Made by a program: the position numbers and the translations under genes. Positions 1-12,808 of a DNA stretch of 64,000 nucleotides are shown one piece after another; the first letter of the stretch is position 1, and each line of letters starts with the position of its first letter. The notes beneath the pieces were generated by a model. The model was not told the DNA's origin. It was given only the letters and a program-made list of their open reading frames with translations, and searched no databases. The DNA is from Eledone cirrhosa (lineage: Eukaryota): the NCBI GenBank assembly GCA_964016885.1, contig OZ024741.1, forward strand, positions 357,802,001 to 357,866,000, given 5' to 3'.

Positions 1-503
1 AGTTTGCATGTAAAATACAAAGATATGAATGTTTTTATTTTTCCTTTTATTTTTCTTTCCTTTAATTTGTGCCAAAATTCTCCATAGATTTCTTTCCAAT
101 CGCCTATTGAGATCAGATAATCTTTTTTAAATGTCATGTATGTCTTGTCTTTGACCATTAAAAATTGACATAGATACTATAAATGTTCAAGGAAGGGAAG
201 AACACAGCAATACAATTTGCCAGTTCTGTTTTCCATGTCTTCCATCTCCAGTGGTGTTGACGCCACTTTTGAAATTATAATTAATGGCGATTGCGTTTAG
301 CACGTCTGGACGTTGCAAGAAATTCAACCATTTTAAAAACTCTCTGCTGCCAGCTATATCCTTTGGTTTTTATTGAAGTTTTTTTCACACATACACACAC
401 ACATTATATATATATATACTTTCCTTTTCCTACATACATCAAATTATCTAGTTAAACACATGCTGATTTGGTTTTTGTATTTGAAATAAATAAATTTATT
501 AGA

Positions 504-770
504 CTATTATTATTACTATTATTGGTGGTTTGCACAATAAATATTATCATTACTGGATCTTCTATTGTTTGTCAAGTCTCAACAAGGACCGATAGCACTT
601 TTCTAAGTATATGTGCAGTGCCCAACAGTGCAGTCTTTTGTAGGAAACCAATTTGTGTTTCGAGGTCTGTTTGCATAAGATACCCTCTCAGTTTTGATGG
701 TATCAAGCCCAAAACATCAATAACAACTGGAATGATCTTGTTGTTTTGATGTTTTGGATCACATTTGTGC
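504..770 (-). mobile_element. 3' remnant of a Dong/R4-like (restriction-like endonuclease) non-LTR retrotransposon
   Basis: ORF 572..772(-) reads IIPVVIDVLG...LQKTALLGTAHILRKVL, the typical C-terminus of R4/Dong ORFs. A (TAA)n-like tail follows on the minus strand at ~504-523. Confidence 0.7.
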
Positions 771-795
771 AATTTTGACCTTCGTGTCAGTATTT

Positions 796-842
<47 letters not shown>

Positions 843-1869
843 CTTTTAAGGCTGTTTTAGTCTCCAGGGTATTATTACTACTACTACTACTACAGTTTCT
901 CAAAACACATGAACTAAGATTGCCACATGATTGGTCAAATTCTTTAACAGTGATGGTGCTACAAAAGATTTCAGTTGACATATAATACTCATTATTCTTA
1001 AATTTTTCCTTTCATAGTTGGCAGCAAACTAACACACTAATATCCAAAGAAAAGACTGAATTCTTTTACAATTCCTTATTGGCACCAAAGTTATCTTCTG
1101 CTTTAGCTATCTGCCTCTTCGCCCTCCCCCTTGTTTTTTTTAATTTAAGTTTTTTTTTTTGTTTTTTTTTTATGCTTGTATTTTCTCATATTTTGTACTT
1201 GTCACAGCTAATAAATTATTGCCTTTTTACATACTTTCCGTGTTGGCATTTAATATTTGTGACAAAATTTATGTATTTATTCTTTACTTAACCATAGCAT
1301 TTGCATGTGAATGGAGAAACATAGTTTAAGGTGCAAGAAGAATGTGGAAATTGCAATGTGTAAAGAAATTTATCTTTTAGAGCTCTTCAACAGTTTTCCA
1401 AAGGTGCTAATATACTACTGTAAATCTTGTTCTTTTGAAATAAAAGGATACTAATCCACTGTCTACATTTTATTCCCATGTACAAAAACGTGTGCATTCA
1501 TTACTAGCAGATCAAAATATGGAGCAGTGATTCTCAAAATGGATGCTACTCCTCCTTGGGAGTGCTGAGATACTCAGAGGGGCTCTGAAAGTCAAGGAAA
1601 TGGAGGGATGGATTGTTGAAAGGCAAAGAGGGGTAAGGAAGGAAAGGGGCAAAGAAATCCAAATTAGTAGTAAAACTCACCTTTAACTGTTGTTCAATAA
1701 ATGTTGAAACTTCTTTAAATAAATAAAAAATTTATTTTTATTTTTTTTAATATATAATTTTTCTTATGAACAATACAGTGAGTGAGGGAGGGTGCTGAAA
1801 TATATCCTCTAGGAGTAGGGACTGATTAGTCAAAAAAGGTTTGGTGAGAAACTCTGCTATAGATTTATT

Positions 1870-2292
1870 GCAGCAATAAGGTGGCAAAACATCAAATCTC
1901 GTAATCGAGCGTTCACGATACTGACGTGACGTCGGTTCAATTTGAAATGGGAAATTTCTGTTTCATCGATTTTCTCCGTAACCATGGAAGCTTGTCGCTT
2001 GAAAGTCGACCCAACACCTCCTCTGGTCATTCTGCATAACTGTAAATTTTCGCTGCATTCCACCAAGCCGTTTCGACGTTTATCCAACTACATATACAAC
2101 GTCCGACCACTTCCAATTTATATAGTAGATTACATTTTCACGGTAAACACGTTATCTCATAACGAATCTATGAGATTTTGATATTATTTATTTTTAGAAC
2201 AATACATTAACATAAGTATGAGCAGCTGTTTTGAACAGAAAGAGGTGAGAGAATTCTGGCTGGATATGGCCAGTTGAAATGCTAATGGGTCA
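1870..2292 (-). mobile_element. longer, CpG-rich copy of the TTAA MITE family
   Basis: 2120-2292 is the reverse complement of the MITE body seen at 18360, 31062 and 54188. It continues into extra CpG-rich sequence; the left boundary is uncertain. Confidence 0.5.
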
Positions 2293-3926
2293 TTCTATCC
2301 TAATGTAATGCCATTATTGATTTCTAAAATTGGGGCCATGGTGGGACATACGAATTTCAGTTTATTACTGGTATAAATTTTATCGATCCTAGAAAGATGA
2401 ATGACAAGTCAATCCTGGTAGGATTTGATCTTGACATGTGACTAAATATTGCAAGGCATGTTGTCCAATGTTCTGCCAATCCAATGCCATAGGAGTGTGC
2501 TTATGGTATCATTATTAGCTTTGTTTTAATATTTGAATTTCTATGGTTCTTGTTCTGATATCATTTAAGACTTAATCCGTTTATTGCATCCTCAGTCTTT
2601 TATCTATGTCTATGTACTTGAGAGCATTCAATGTATTTCAGCTCAATCATATCTCCTGCATATTTTAATGTAGCAATGCTTCTGGTGCTTAATGTTTTTG
2701 AGACCATATTTCTACTGAAATATATTACCTATTGTGTTTCAGGTAATTTCTAAAATTCACAGCAATTTAGTAAAATAACTTTTTTTTTTCTTTATTAGGA
2801 TGTTTGGAAGATAACATAAAAGTTTGTAACTTCAAATTTTGATTTAGATATGAATATTTTAAAATGGGGAATTTTGTATCATGGAACAGGTATTGAAAGG
2901 CTTAATCATTTCCTGAACTAGGGCTAAACTGTATTTCATTTTCACTTATTACTACAAATACCACATGATAGCTTAATGACTCTGGTGACTGGATTCAGTA
3001 CAACTGATTATGCCCCTTGCCTTAATGTGAGGCCTTGTGCCTATGTTAAAGATCAATATTATATATTGACAAACACACTCTTGCAGCAAGATTAGAGTGC
3101 AGTATATACAATTTAATCTTTCCAAGTTCACAAGTAACCTCTCTAGTACTAGTGACATGATATAATGCAACAATGAAATCCATGCAAGTCAACATAGAAA
3201 CGGATGTAAAGTAATGATTTATACATAAATACAATCTGTCATGCACTTCAGATAAAATTGCTTTGTTTTGACTTGATTGTGTCTCAAATTGAATAATATA
3301 GAAATTACTGAATGTACTTAAAAAGTGGAAATCTCTTCACTGGTGCCCTTGATATACTTCTCAACTAGGATGTAATTACACTCATTGTTCAGCTGCTGTT
3401 GAGAGCATTTTTTAACAAACGTTCTTACATAAAATTACGATGGAAGTTTTGACTGAAATTACTCTCATATTTTAGTATTAGGTATAGTTGTAATTAGTTC
3501 TTCAGGAGGGGGAGGGTGTAATAACTTGTTATTATGTGCTAATAACAGGCAGATTTTTTTTTTCCAAGTTGTACAACCTGTAAATTCAAAAGCATTATAT
3601 ACAATTTTTTTCCTTTCAAAGACACACATTTACATCCAAGTATTTACACTCATACTGCAAATTTTCACAACAATCTGTCCACTACTAAAGATACTATAAA
3701 CTAAAAAAAATTCACAAACCTGTTTTTAGGTATTTTCTACTAAATCATTACAGGATGTTAAGAGTTAGATCTGGGGCTAAACAATGTTTACAGTAAGATA
3801 CACAGCCATTGACAACTATATTTAGTATGGATGGGCACAATGTTGTCTTAAAGATAAAAGGACACTGTTGGCTGTCTCATTAACATAGTTTCTACATACA
3901 ACTTTTTTTATGAAAAGCAGACCGTA

Positions 3927-4203
3927 ATATAATAATGAAATTATTGTATACAGTGCTCAGGTGCACTACAACTTATTAAAGGTGCATTTATAGTACATAG
4001 AATAATGTACAAATGTCAGAAAAGTGAACTGTGTATGAGTCATGGTATACACACAGATACATGTGTGTATGAAGGGGGAATATCAGGTGTAGTGTTGGCA
4101 AATGTTGGGAAGCATGGAGGTTTTGAAGGATGCAGTGTCCCAACAGCTAACAATGGATGCAGGTAGTTTGTTCCATGCTTCAGCAATTCCAAGCATGAAA
4201 AAA
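3927..4203 (-). mobile_element. short CR1 LINE 3' fragment
   Basis: Reverse complement of the CR1 ORF end plus 3' UTR (gtagtgcacctgagcactgt..(ATT)n) shared with the other copies. Confidence 0.8.
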
Positions 4204-5672
4204 AATTATTTACCAAAGATAGTTGCAGCAAACTGAATGAGTAGAAACATTTTTGTTACCGATTTTTCTCTAGTACTTCCAAAATAATTGATAACTTTGA
4301 TAGGTTTCGACCAGTATTGGCCCAGGCCATGTCTAACTTAATAGCACCACCTGTTATATCACAACATAATTCAAACTGCAATATATTCAAATAGTCAGGC
4401 TTTGAAAATGTTTTTAATGCTTTCATGTCTGTATGCTTAATTAAATACACTGTATTTTAATTAATTAAAAATTTGGAGGAGTACATTGGTTCATTAAGAT
4501 GATATTTGTAAAGGTTTTTATATAAAATTATATGGGAAGATTTTGATTTAAAGAGGAACCCCTATAAAATGGGTATTCTTATTTCACAGAATCGGAAGCA
4601 GATTGGTATCAAAAGAGTTAATACACTTGAGATTTTTTTTAGCTGTTACAAAAAAGAGATTTGGTATTCTATAAATACTCTGTCCCCTCCCACACAAACC
4701 ACCACCACCACCACCACTACACATACACTTGTCGATATAATTAACCATTGATATACTATCTCTCTGAAAGAAATCAGCTGCTCTTTTTTAAGAGCACCTA
4801 TTGATCCAAAGCTATTGCAATATATACTTCTAATCTGGGTAGATGGTGGGACCTTCTGTACTATAATTTCTGATTAGTTTCAAGCTTTATATGGCTTTCA
4901 ATTTCAAAATTTGGTGCTCAGTCTAATACTGTAAATCATTTTTATTCCCACTTACAGGAATGTGTGAGTTCATTACCACCATATAAAACTATACAACAGT
5001 GAGGAAAAAAAAAAGAGAAGAAAGAGTGTTATAACAGTGAGAACGAGTTGGTAATCATAAGGAAGTGGGGGAAATCTAAAATTGCTATATCAATAATAAT
5101 AGTCAGGATTTGCATAGAAAAGTTCAATAGTGTTAACTCAATTTTGAAAATAATCAATAATGCGAAGGGATTTAGTAAGATAACTTTTTTCATTATTCAG
5201 CTGGTGGCATAAAAAATGTTTAATCAATAGTTTTGTTTATAGAACCAGGGGTGGTTTAGTACTAAAAGGGTTAAATTATTGTGTATCTCTCTGGTTTTTT
5301 TTTTTTTTCAGAAAATAGTAGAAAGTTCTCAAACTCTGCTAGTATAGTACATCAGCTGCCTCACAGAAGCAACATTTTTTTTTATGTTGGATCATTTGGA
5401 TAGTGAGTAAGCTTGATACTATGTGGGATTGAAATATATAAATCCTCCTGTAAGGATTTTGACATCATTAATCTTTTCAATACCAAACTACCTCAAAGCA
5501 TCCCTGATTCTACAAGACAAAATTTTATTTTAAAATGCTTATATTTATATTAAAAAAACTTCCATCATAATTTTATGTACAGAACACCAGCTTGATAATG
5601 AGAAAGGCAGTTATATTACAAAACTCCTCAAAATTATTTGATTAGAAATAGTAAAATCTTAAACCCTTTCAA

Positions 5673-6563
5673 AAAGTCCTCTTGTGAACGTGACCTGGGC
5701 ATTACTGTCAGCAACGATTTGCGTTGGACAAAGCATGTCTCTAAGATTGTCAAGAAGGCCGAGGGTGTCTTGGCATCACTCAGCAAGACCTTTGTTAGCC
5801 GCTCTCCAGCCATCTATTTAAAACTGTATACAGCTATGGTGCGACCACACTTGGAATTCGCATCATCAGTCTGGAACCCCTATCTTGCTCGGAACATTGA
5901 TCTCCTGGAAACTGTTCAGAGACGTGCAACCAAGCGCATACCCTCCATCAGACACCTACCATATTCTGAACGCCTTGCTTCCCTGGGCATGGATTCATTG
6001 AAGCTCCGACGTCTGGCAATGGACTTGGTGAATACCCACAAAGTTTTTAACCATCTCGCCAACTGCAACCCTGAGCGCCTCTTTGATCTCCATGTGTCTA
6101 ACACACGTGGACATGCCTACAAGATAAGAAAACAGCACAGCTCCCATGACTTTCGCAGACATTTTTTCACGCTCAGAGTTGCTGAAGCATGGAACAAACT
6201 ACCTGCATCAATTGTTAGCTGCCGAGACACTGCATCCTTTAAGACACTCATGCTTCCCGAAATACGCCAAAACTACACCTGATGTGCCCCTTCCATACAC
6301 ATGCACACATGTGTGCACTGTTCATTTTACTGATGTTTGTGCATTGCCCTATGTACTGTACATGCACTTTTTTGATGGGTTGTGGTGCACCTGAGCACTG
6401 TACACAATATTTCATTATTGTTATTGTTATTATATCATGACTCATACACTGTTTATTTTCCTGACATTTGTACATTATTCTATGTACTATACATGCACCT
6501 TTGATGAGTTGTAGTGCACCTGAGCACTGTACACAATAATTTCATTATTATTATTATTATTAT
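5673..6563 (+). mobile_element. 5'-truncated CR1-clade LINE (RT C-terminus plus duplicated 3' UTR)
   Basis: ERDLGI...VRPHLEFASSVWNP...VQRRATK...TRGHAYK...FFTLRVAEAWNKLP, stop at 6280-6282. The 3' UTR and ATT-rich tail occur twice (ending ~6430 and ~6563). Confidence 0.92.
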
Positions 6564-7020
6564 CATATGTGCAGCAAAGCTGAGGATAGGTTGTGAGGGG
6601 AAGGGGCTACAAAGTAGTGAATGAAAAAGATTTTCTTGTGATACTCTGACTTGGATTTGGTAATGATTTTTAAAAAGGGCACTGTTAGCTGTAACTACTT
6701 CTATGAAAATCATACAACCTCTCCCCAAATGTTTCTATATATACCTAGATTATGTATTTTGTCCCATGAACAGCTTGAGTAGCTCTAGTTTAATGATAAT
6801 GCTGCAATAACTGAATAATGAAGCTTCTAATTGGAGATTGTGTGTATATGATATGATATATATAAGACAATATGTAGAGAAAAGTACACAAAGAGGTATG
6901 TGTTCAATCACAGGGGATAAAATATCACCAGAGTGAAAAACATCTACAAAAGGAAAGGAGAATACAGATCAATTAAAAGAATAAATTAAAATATACAAAC
7001 CATCTGATAATAACTAATTA

Positions 7021-7097
7021 CACCTGGATATGCTCTATAGCATGTTTCGCCACAAATAAAGTATAGATTCATACCGTTGACGGCTTATCAACAGGTG
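7021..7097 (-). ncRNA. type I hammerhead ribozyme-like motif, U3-A8 core variant
   Basis: Minus strand: CACCTG-TTGATAA-GCCG...TGGC-GAAA-CATGCT-ATAG-AGCATATC-CAGGTG. Stems I, II and III are present and the cleavage triplet is AUC, with one C.A mismatch in stem III. Confidence 0.6.
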
Positions 7098-7104
7098 GAC
7101 TAAC

Positions 7105-8003
7105 AATATAATAATAATGAAATATTGTGTACAGTGCTCAGGTGCACTACAACTCATCAAAAAGTGTATGTATAGTACATAGGGTAATGTACAAACGTCA
7201 GGAAAATGAACAGTGCATGAGTCATGATACACACATGTGTGCATGTGTATGGAAGGGGTACATCAGGTGTAGTTTTGGCGAATTTCGGGAAGCATGAGTG
7301 TTTTAAAGGATGCAGTGTCTCGGCAGCTAACAACTGATGCAGGTAGTTTGTTCCATGCTTCAGCAACTGAGCGTGAAAAAATGTTTCCAAAAGTCATGGG
7401 AGCTGTGCTGTTTTCTGATTTTGTAGGCATGTACAAGTGTGTTAGACACATGGAGATCAAAAAGGTGCTCAGGGTTGTTGTTGGCAAGATGGTTAATAAC
7501 TTTGTGGGTGTTTACCAAGTCCATTGCCAGACGTCGGAGCTTCAATGAATCCATGCCCAGGGAAGCAAGGCGTTCAGAGTATGGTAGGTGTCTGATGGAG
7601 GGTATGCGCTTCGTTGCACGTCTCTGAACAGTTTCCAGGAGGTCAATGTTCTGAGCAAGATAGGGATTCCAGACTGATGATGCGAATTCCAAGTGTGGTT
7701 GTACCATAACTGTATACAGCTTTAAATAGATGGCTGGAGAGCAGCTAACAAAGGTCTTGCTGAGTGATGCCAAGACACCCTCGGCCTTCTTGACAATCTT
7801 AGAGACATGCTTTGTCCAACGCAAATCGCTGCTGACATTAATGCCCAGGTCACGTTCACAAGAGGACTTCTTGATATCAGTGTTGTGGAGAGAGTATGTG
7901 GACGCTGAATTTTTCCTCCCAAAATGCATAGTGGTACACTTGTCAACAGCCTGCTTCAGTTGCCAGTCTGTGATCCATTGCTGCATTGTGTCCAGGTCTG
8001 ATT
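7105..8003 (-). mobile_element. 5'-truncated CR1-clade LINE
   Basis: ORFs 7360..7986 and 7263..7487 (frameshifted) are near-identical to the 5673 copy. Same 3' UTR and ATT tail at ~7105-7120. Confidence 0.92.
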
Positions 8004-8390
8004 ACAATTAAAAAAATATATTAGACAACTAATATACACACATGGTGGAAAGAGAAAACATGCATGCTATATAGCCCATGGTGGTGTGAATGGACCAAAA
8101 GACCACTAAAAACAGCAGTTGAGAACCATTCAACTTAAGAAGCTCTAGTTACATATAGAAATGAATTAGGAGCCAATATATCAAATTAAAAAACAGAGTT
8201 AAAGACTCATGTTAATCCCCTATAATTTAATGAGCTCAAGGAATAGATTCTTATATATATATATAAATTTGTTTGCGAGATTTCTTATTTGAAAACGTGT
8301 GTTGAAACCAGATATTGTTATACTTTGGGAGGGCTATGTTGCCAATAAAAACACACGCACCTGTTGGTTTTCACTTCAATTTATTATAAA

Positions 8391-9308
8391 CTAGCAGTGG
8401 TACCCGGCGTTGCACAGGATAAGGTATTTTGGAACGCGGGCCGCCAGCAGACCTAATCGTGGAAAAACTGCATGCCTGGACAATATGTAAAGAAAATAAA
8501 CCGAATACTCTGATGGCTGGATAATCTTTAAGATTTTCCTCGATGAAGCAGGAAAAATGTAGGTTTTCACCTAATGCGGGCCCTAGGGGATGAAGAAAAT
8601 AAATTTTTTTTATGTGCCTAATATGCCTTGAAATTTCGGGAAAAGCGGCTAGACGTAACGCCTCCAAAAAGCCCTAAAAAGCTGAAAAATTGAGTTTTTC
8701 ACCTAATGCGGGCCCTAGGCCATTAAAAAGTTGGATTTTCTTTGTTCGCGGATTTTCTTTGTATGAAAAAGAGACTGACTAATACATAGTTACAATTTCA
8801 AGGAAATCGGTCTGACGTAACGCCTCAAATAACCCCTAAAAACCTGAAAAAACGCAGTTTTTCACCTAATGCGGGTCCTAGAAGATTAAAAAAATTGAAT
8901 TTTTTAATGTGCATAACACTCCCTGAAACATAAGTAATACACATGTAAAGTTTGAAAAGAATCGGTTGGGTACTTCTCGAGTTTTAGAGATTCAAATTCA
9001 CAGACACACACAGATATCCTCAGGGAAGTGATGTAATGCAGACAATATACAGGCAGATATTATAAGGGTGCGACGTTATATGTATGTATCTATCTAAAAA
9101 GAGAAAGACTAAGAATTATAGAGAGAGATCGTTAAATCGCTTAATGTAGTCCCTAGGGCATTGAAAATTTGAAATTTTTTTTGCTCAGAACATTTCCTGA
9201 AATATAAGTATTACATGTGTAAAGTTTGAAAACAGTCGGTTGGGTGGTTCTCGAGTTTTAGGGATTCAAACTCACACACACACAGACAGACATTTTTATA
9301 TATATAGA
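8391..9308 (-). mobile_element. putative non-autonomous Helitron
   Basis: The minus strand starts TCTATATATATAAAAATGTCTGTCTGTGTG and ends cctgtgcaacgccgggtaccactgCTAG|T, i.e. 5' TC, a GC-rich subterminal segment and 3' CTAG. Internal repeat ttttcacctaatgcggg occurs 3 times. Confidence 0.6.
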
Positions 9309-9345
9309 CTAGCAGAAAACCACCCGGTGGGCGGTTTTCTGCTAG
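9309..9345. repeat. 37-nt hairpin with CTAG at both ends
   Basis: ctagcagaaaacc-a-ccc-ggt-ggg-c-ggttttctgctag; the 13-bp arms are perfect. Confidence 0.85.
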
Positions 9346-9848
9346 CAAATCTAGTGTATATATTGATATTGTTGAGATTTGAATAAGAAATGTTTTCGGC
9401 ACCACATGTTCACCGTCTCTCGGTGTGTCTTTTATGCATGTATAAATATATATGTTATCTATACGGTGAAATCTGTGAAATAAATATATGTTAAAACGAA
9501 AAAGGAGAAAAGAGATTAGTGACGGAAATATAAACGTTATGATACATAAACGTTATGATATAACGATGGAAATATATCTTCAAATGGTCCTTGGCATGGT
9601 GTCAAGTCAGAACCGCCTCAAACTGGTTACTTCTGGCTTGTGCAAGGTGTCTCTATAGCAACCAGCGATTCCCTCGGCCTCAGTGACCAAAGTCAGTGGA
9701 GAGGGGAAGGTAATGTTTCTATAGCGACAGTGTTTCTCTTGGTAGTACCAAAGTGGAGAAAGGAAGAAGGTAATATTTCTGTAGCACCTACATTTGAGTT
9801 TTAGGGAAGGACAGACAGACAGACAGACAAACAGAGAAATGCCCATAT

Positions 9849-10060
9849 ATTTCTGTGTGTGTATATATATATATATATTACACACACAGAAATGTATATA
9901 TATATTTCTGTGTGTGTATATATATATATATATTACACACACAGAAATGTATATATATATTTCTGTGTGTGTATATATATATATATATTACACACACAGA
10001 AATGTATATATATTTCTGTGTGTGTATATATATTACCCACACACAGAAATGTATATATGT
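9849..10060. repeat. tandem array of ~4 palindromic units (~50-56 bp)
   Basis: Unit atttctgtgtgtgta-(ta)n-tacacacacagaaat; the two arms are reverse complements. Confidence 0.85.
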
Positions 10061-11133
10061 TTCTGTAGCACTCCTCAATTCCCCCCTCTCTCCCTCCCGC
10101 TATCCCCCTCTTGTAGTCTGTCTCTTTCTTTCACTCTCACTCTACGCGTCACGTGCGCAAAAAACATTCGCACGCGCGCACGTGTTTCCACTGTCGGACA
10201 GACAGACAGAGAAATTGCTGGTTCCGGTTGGTTGGTTGGTTCAGTAACCGGAAGGTTGTTTATATATTGTCAAAGCTCTTTCAAGTTATAAAGAACCATG
10301 TCATGGTCAGAAAGAAGGGTTTTTTCCATTGTAATATTATGTATAGTGTTAGTGTGGTTACTAAACACTTGGTTCAAAATGTTCTTCTGATACCTTGTTG
10401 GTGCAAGGACAAATTGGGACAAGAAAAATTCATTCATAAAGTCAGGAAGTGACTCAACTGCTTCTTTGTCAGCGGTTGAGGTTGGAATATATCATATCAT
10501 ATATATATATATATCCGGAAAATTCGTTGAGTGCTTCTAATCTGTTGTAAATTAACTTTGTTGAATAATCAACAAACCAAATAACTCATTGTTTATATAT
10601 ATATATCATATATATATATATAAAAATACACAGTCCACGCTGTAATGTGTTAGGAAGGGCATCCAGCCGTAGAAAACCTGCCAGATAGTCCTATTACGAG
10701 CGAGACACGGTCACCCGACCAATCTTGCCTCAAATGGGACAACTACTATCTAACCCATGCTGAGATCGTACAGAAAAACATCGCTCCTAGTTATTTGACC
10801 ACAAGACTTACGTCTAATTGGTTCATTGTAACTTATTCTATTTTTTCCTCGGTTACTCACTTGCATGTGCCATTTGGTTTGTTTACTTCGTTTTTTTTTC
10901 TCTTTCCTTTTTCCTCTTTCTTCCTCTCTTCACTATCTTTTCTTCCCCTCAGGGTCTTTTGATTGATAAAAGACCTTGGGCGCGCTGCTAATCGATTTCG
11001 ATGTCCTGTTTTAAGTGCCAAAACATCGATGATCACAGTTAACAGCTGATGAAGGGTTTCTTCTCTTGTTTACGTCCATATTACTATCTTATACTATATA
11101 TATATATATGTATATATATCATATATATATCAG

Positions 11134-11232
11134 TGTGCAGAGGATCTGCGCAGACTGGAGAGGAATGAAGCATGCATGCTCCGCTGGATGTGTAATAGTA
11201 ATATAAGTGAACAGCAAAGCATAAATGAACAA
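11134..11232 (+). mobile_element. internal RTE LINE fragment
   Basis: Encodes AEDLRRLERNEACMLRWMCNSNISEQQSINE, matching the 43474 and 51699 ORFs. Confidence 0.8.
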
Positions 11233-11249
11233 AGCATAAACATAAATGA

Positions 11250-11790
11250 ACAGGTGGGACTGGAAGCTGGAGCAGGCCTTGGTGATGGCATCCCTGGCCA
11301 TGGCTACTTTGAGAGCCTCCCCAGTGTTGTAGGGCCTGCTGTTCACCTCTCTCTTCAAGACGCCCCACAGAAAATAGTTGAGAGGATTACAGTCTGGTGA
11401 TGAGGGTGGGCCAGAAGTTGAGTGACTAGTGGTACACCTTCAGCTTCCTCCTCTCCTTTGTTTCAGTGAGCACATAAGATATATAATTCAATTCTTCCTT
11501 GATAATACACCTGATTGTTTGCCTGCTGGTGCCCATTTCCGTGGCAATTTTCCTCATGCTTTTGTTCTGGATTCTCCTTGACAACCTCGGCAACATTGGT
11601 GACAAAATCGGGAGTCCTGGTTTTGCGATCTGACCTGAAATTGTCCTTGTCTGAGGTCCCATATGCCTTTACAAGGCCGTAGACCAAGGTTTTAGGGTAT
11701 TTAAACCATTCAATGATTTCCTTGACTTTGTGGCTGGTATAAAGGCTCTCCACAACAGCAGCTTGATGATTATATTCTGAAGACATGTCG
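11250..11790 (-). mobile_element. degenerate Tc1/mariner (maT-like) transposase remnant
   Basis: HTH-like N-terminus (KSMRKIATEMGTSRQTIRCIIKEEL) and C-terminal WP.SSPDCNPLNYFLWGVLKREVN. Frameshifted, with the catalytic core largely deleted. Confidence 0.75.
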
Positions 11791-12577
11791 ATTACTAAAC
11801 ACTTCGTGCATCAATAGCCAGACAGCTACTGAGGTGTAGTACTAATGGCACTCTCGAAACCTCACTATGCTGTGATGTCATGGTGCTGTTGCCACATAAA
11901 ATTCCAGATTTATCCGTACCACACTCTCTCTCTATATATATATATATATATCATCATTACCATTTAATGTATGAATATATATATATATATACACACACAT
12001 GCACTCTGTTGGTGATAGGAAGAGCATCCAGGCATAGAAAACTGCCAAACAAAGGACTGGGAGGTCTCTTCCACTATGAAACGATGATATGGCTATGGTA
12101 TTTGTCTCATCATGGGTTTTATTCCTCGACAATGCAGCTTATTGTGTTCATGTACTAATGTACTTGGCTAAAAATGAGTTCCAACAGCAACTGGGACTTA
12201 TCTTTGCAATGAGCTGACATCATATCTCATATTTTCAGTCATCTAAAAACCAATGAAAAAACTCTCTGGTTTCAAGAAATGTCTGCTCCTTACAAACAAA
12301 ATCACATCCATTCTTCAAGTTTTCTAAATATGCCCACATTGTCCCATGAACGACTTTGTCAACAGCCTACACAGTGTACAGCACCTACGTTCGATTGGTT
12401 AACCAGTTATAATTAGCAGAGTTGTAAGGGGTTTGGATAGAATGTTTAGTGGTATTCATTCCATCTCTCCGCACTCTGAGTTCAAATCCCATTGAGGCTA
12501 ACTTTACCTTATTCAAGGGTTGATAAATAAAATATCAGTCAAGTATTGAGGTTGTTTTCTCTCTCTCAGACATCGTT

Positions 12578-12808
12578 TATGAAAAGGGGTAGTAATGCTT
12601 GCACCAATGCTATGAAAAGGGATAGTAATGCTTGCACCAATGCTATGAAAAGGGATAGTAATGCTTGCACCAATGCTATGAAAAGGGATAGTAATGCTTG
12701 CACCAATGCTATGAAAAGGGATAGTAATGCTTGCACCAATGCTATGAAAAGGGATAGTAATGCTTGCACCAATGCTATGAAAAGGGATAGTAATGCTTGC
12801 ACCAATGC
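12578..12808. repeat. 33-bp minisatellite, 7 copies
   Basis: tatgaaaagggatagtaatgcttgcaccaatgc x7 (231 bp); one substitution in the first copy. Confidence 0.95.

Noticed and set aside
3000-3105. Possible decayed hammerhead (ctgattatg...cactct/agagtg hairpin)
   Set aside because: Core nucleotides, including GAAA, are missing.
9607-10452. Several 60-165 aa ORFs rich in Y, I, C and V
   Set aside because: Translations of (TA)n/(TG)n microsatellites; the same applies to ORFs near 50875-51546 and 61401.
11040-11080. ctgatgaaggg hammerhead 5' half
   Set aside because: No downstream GAAA or stem III; at most a truncated Penelope-like relic.
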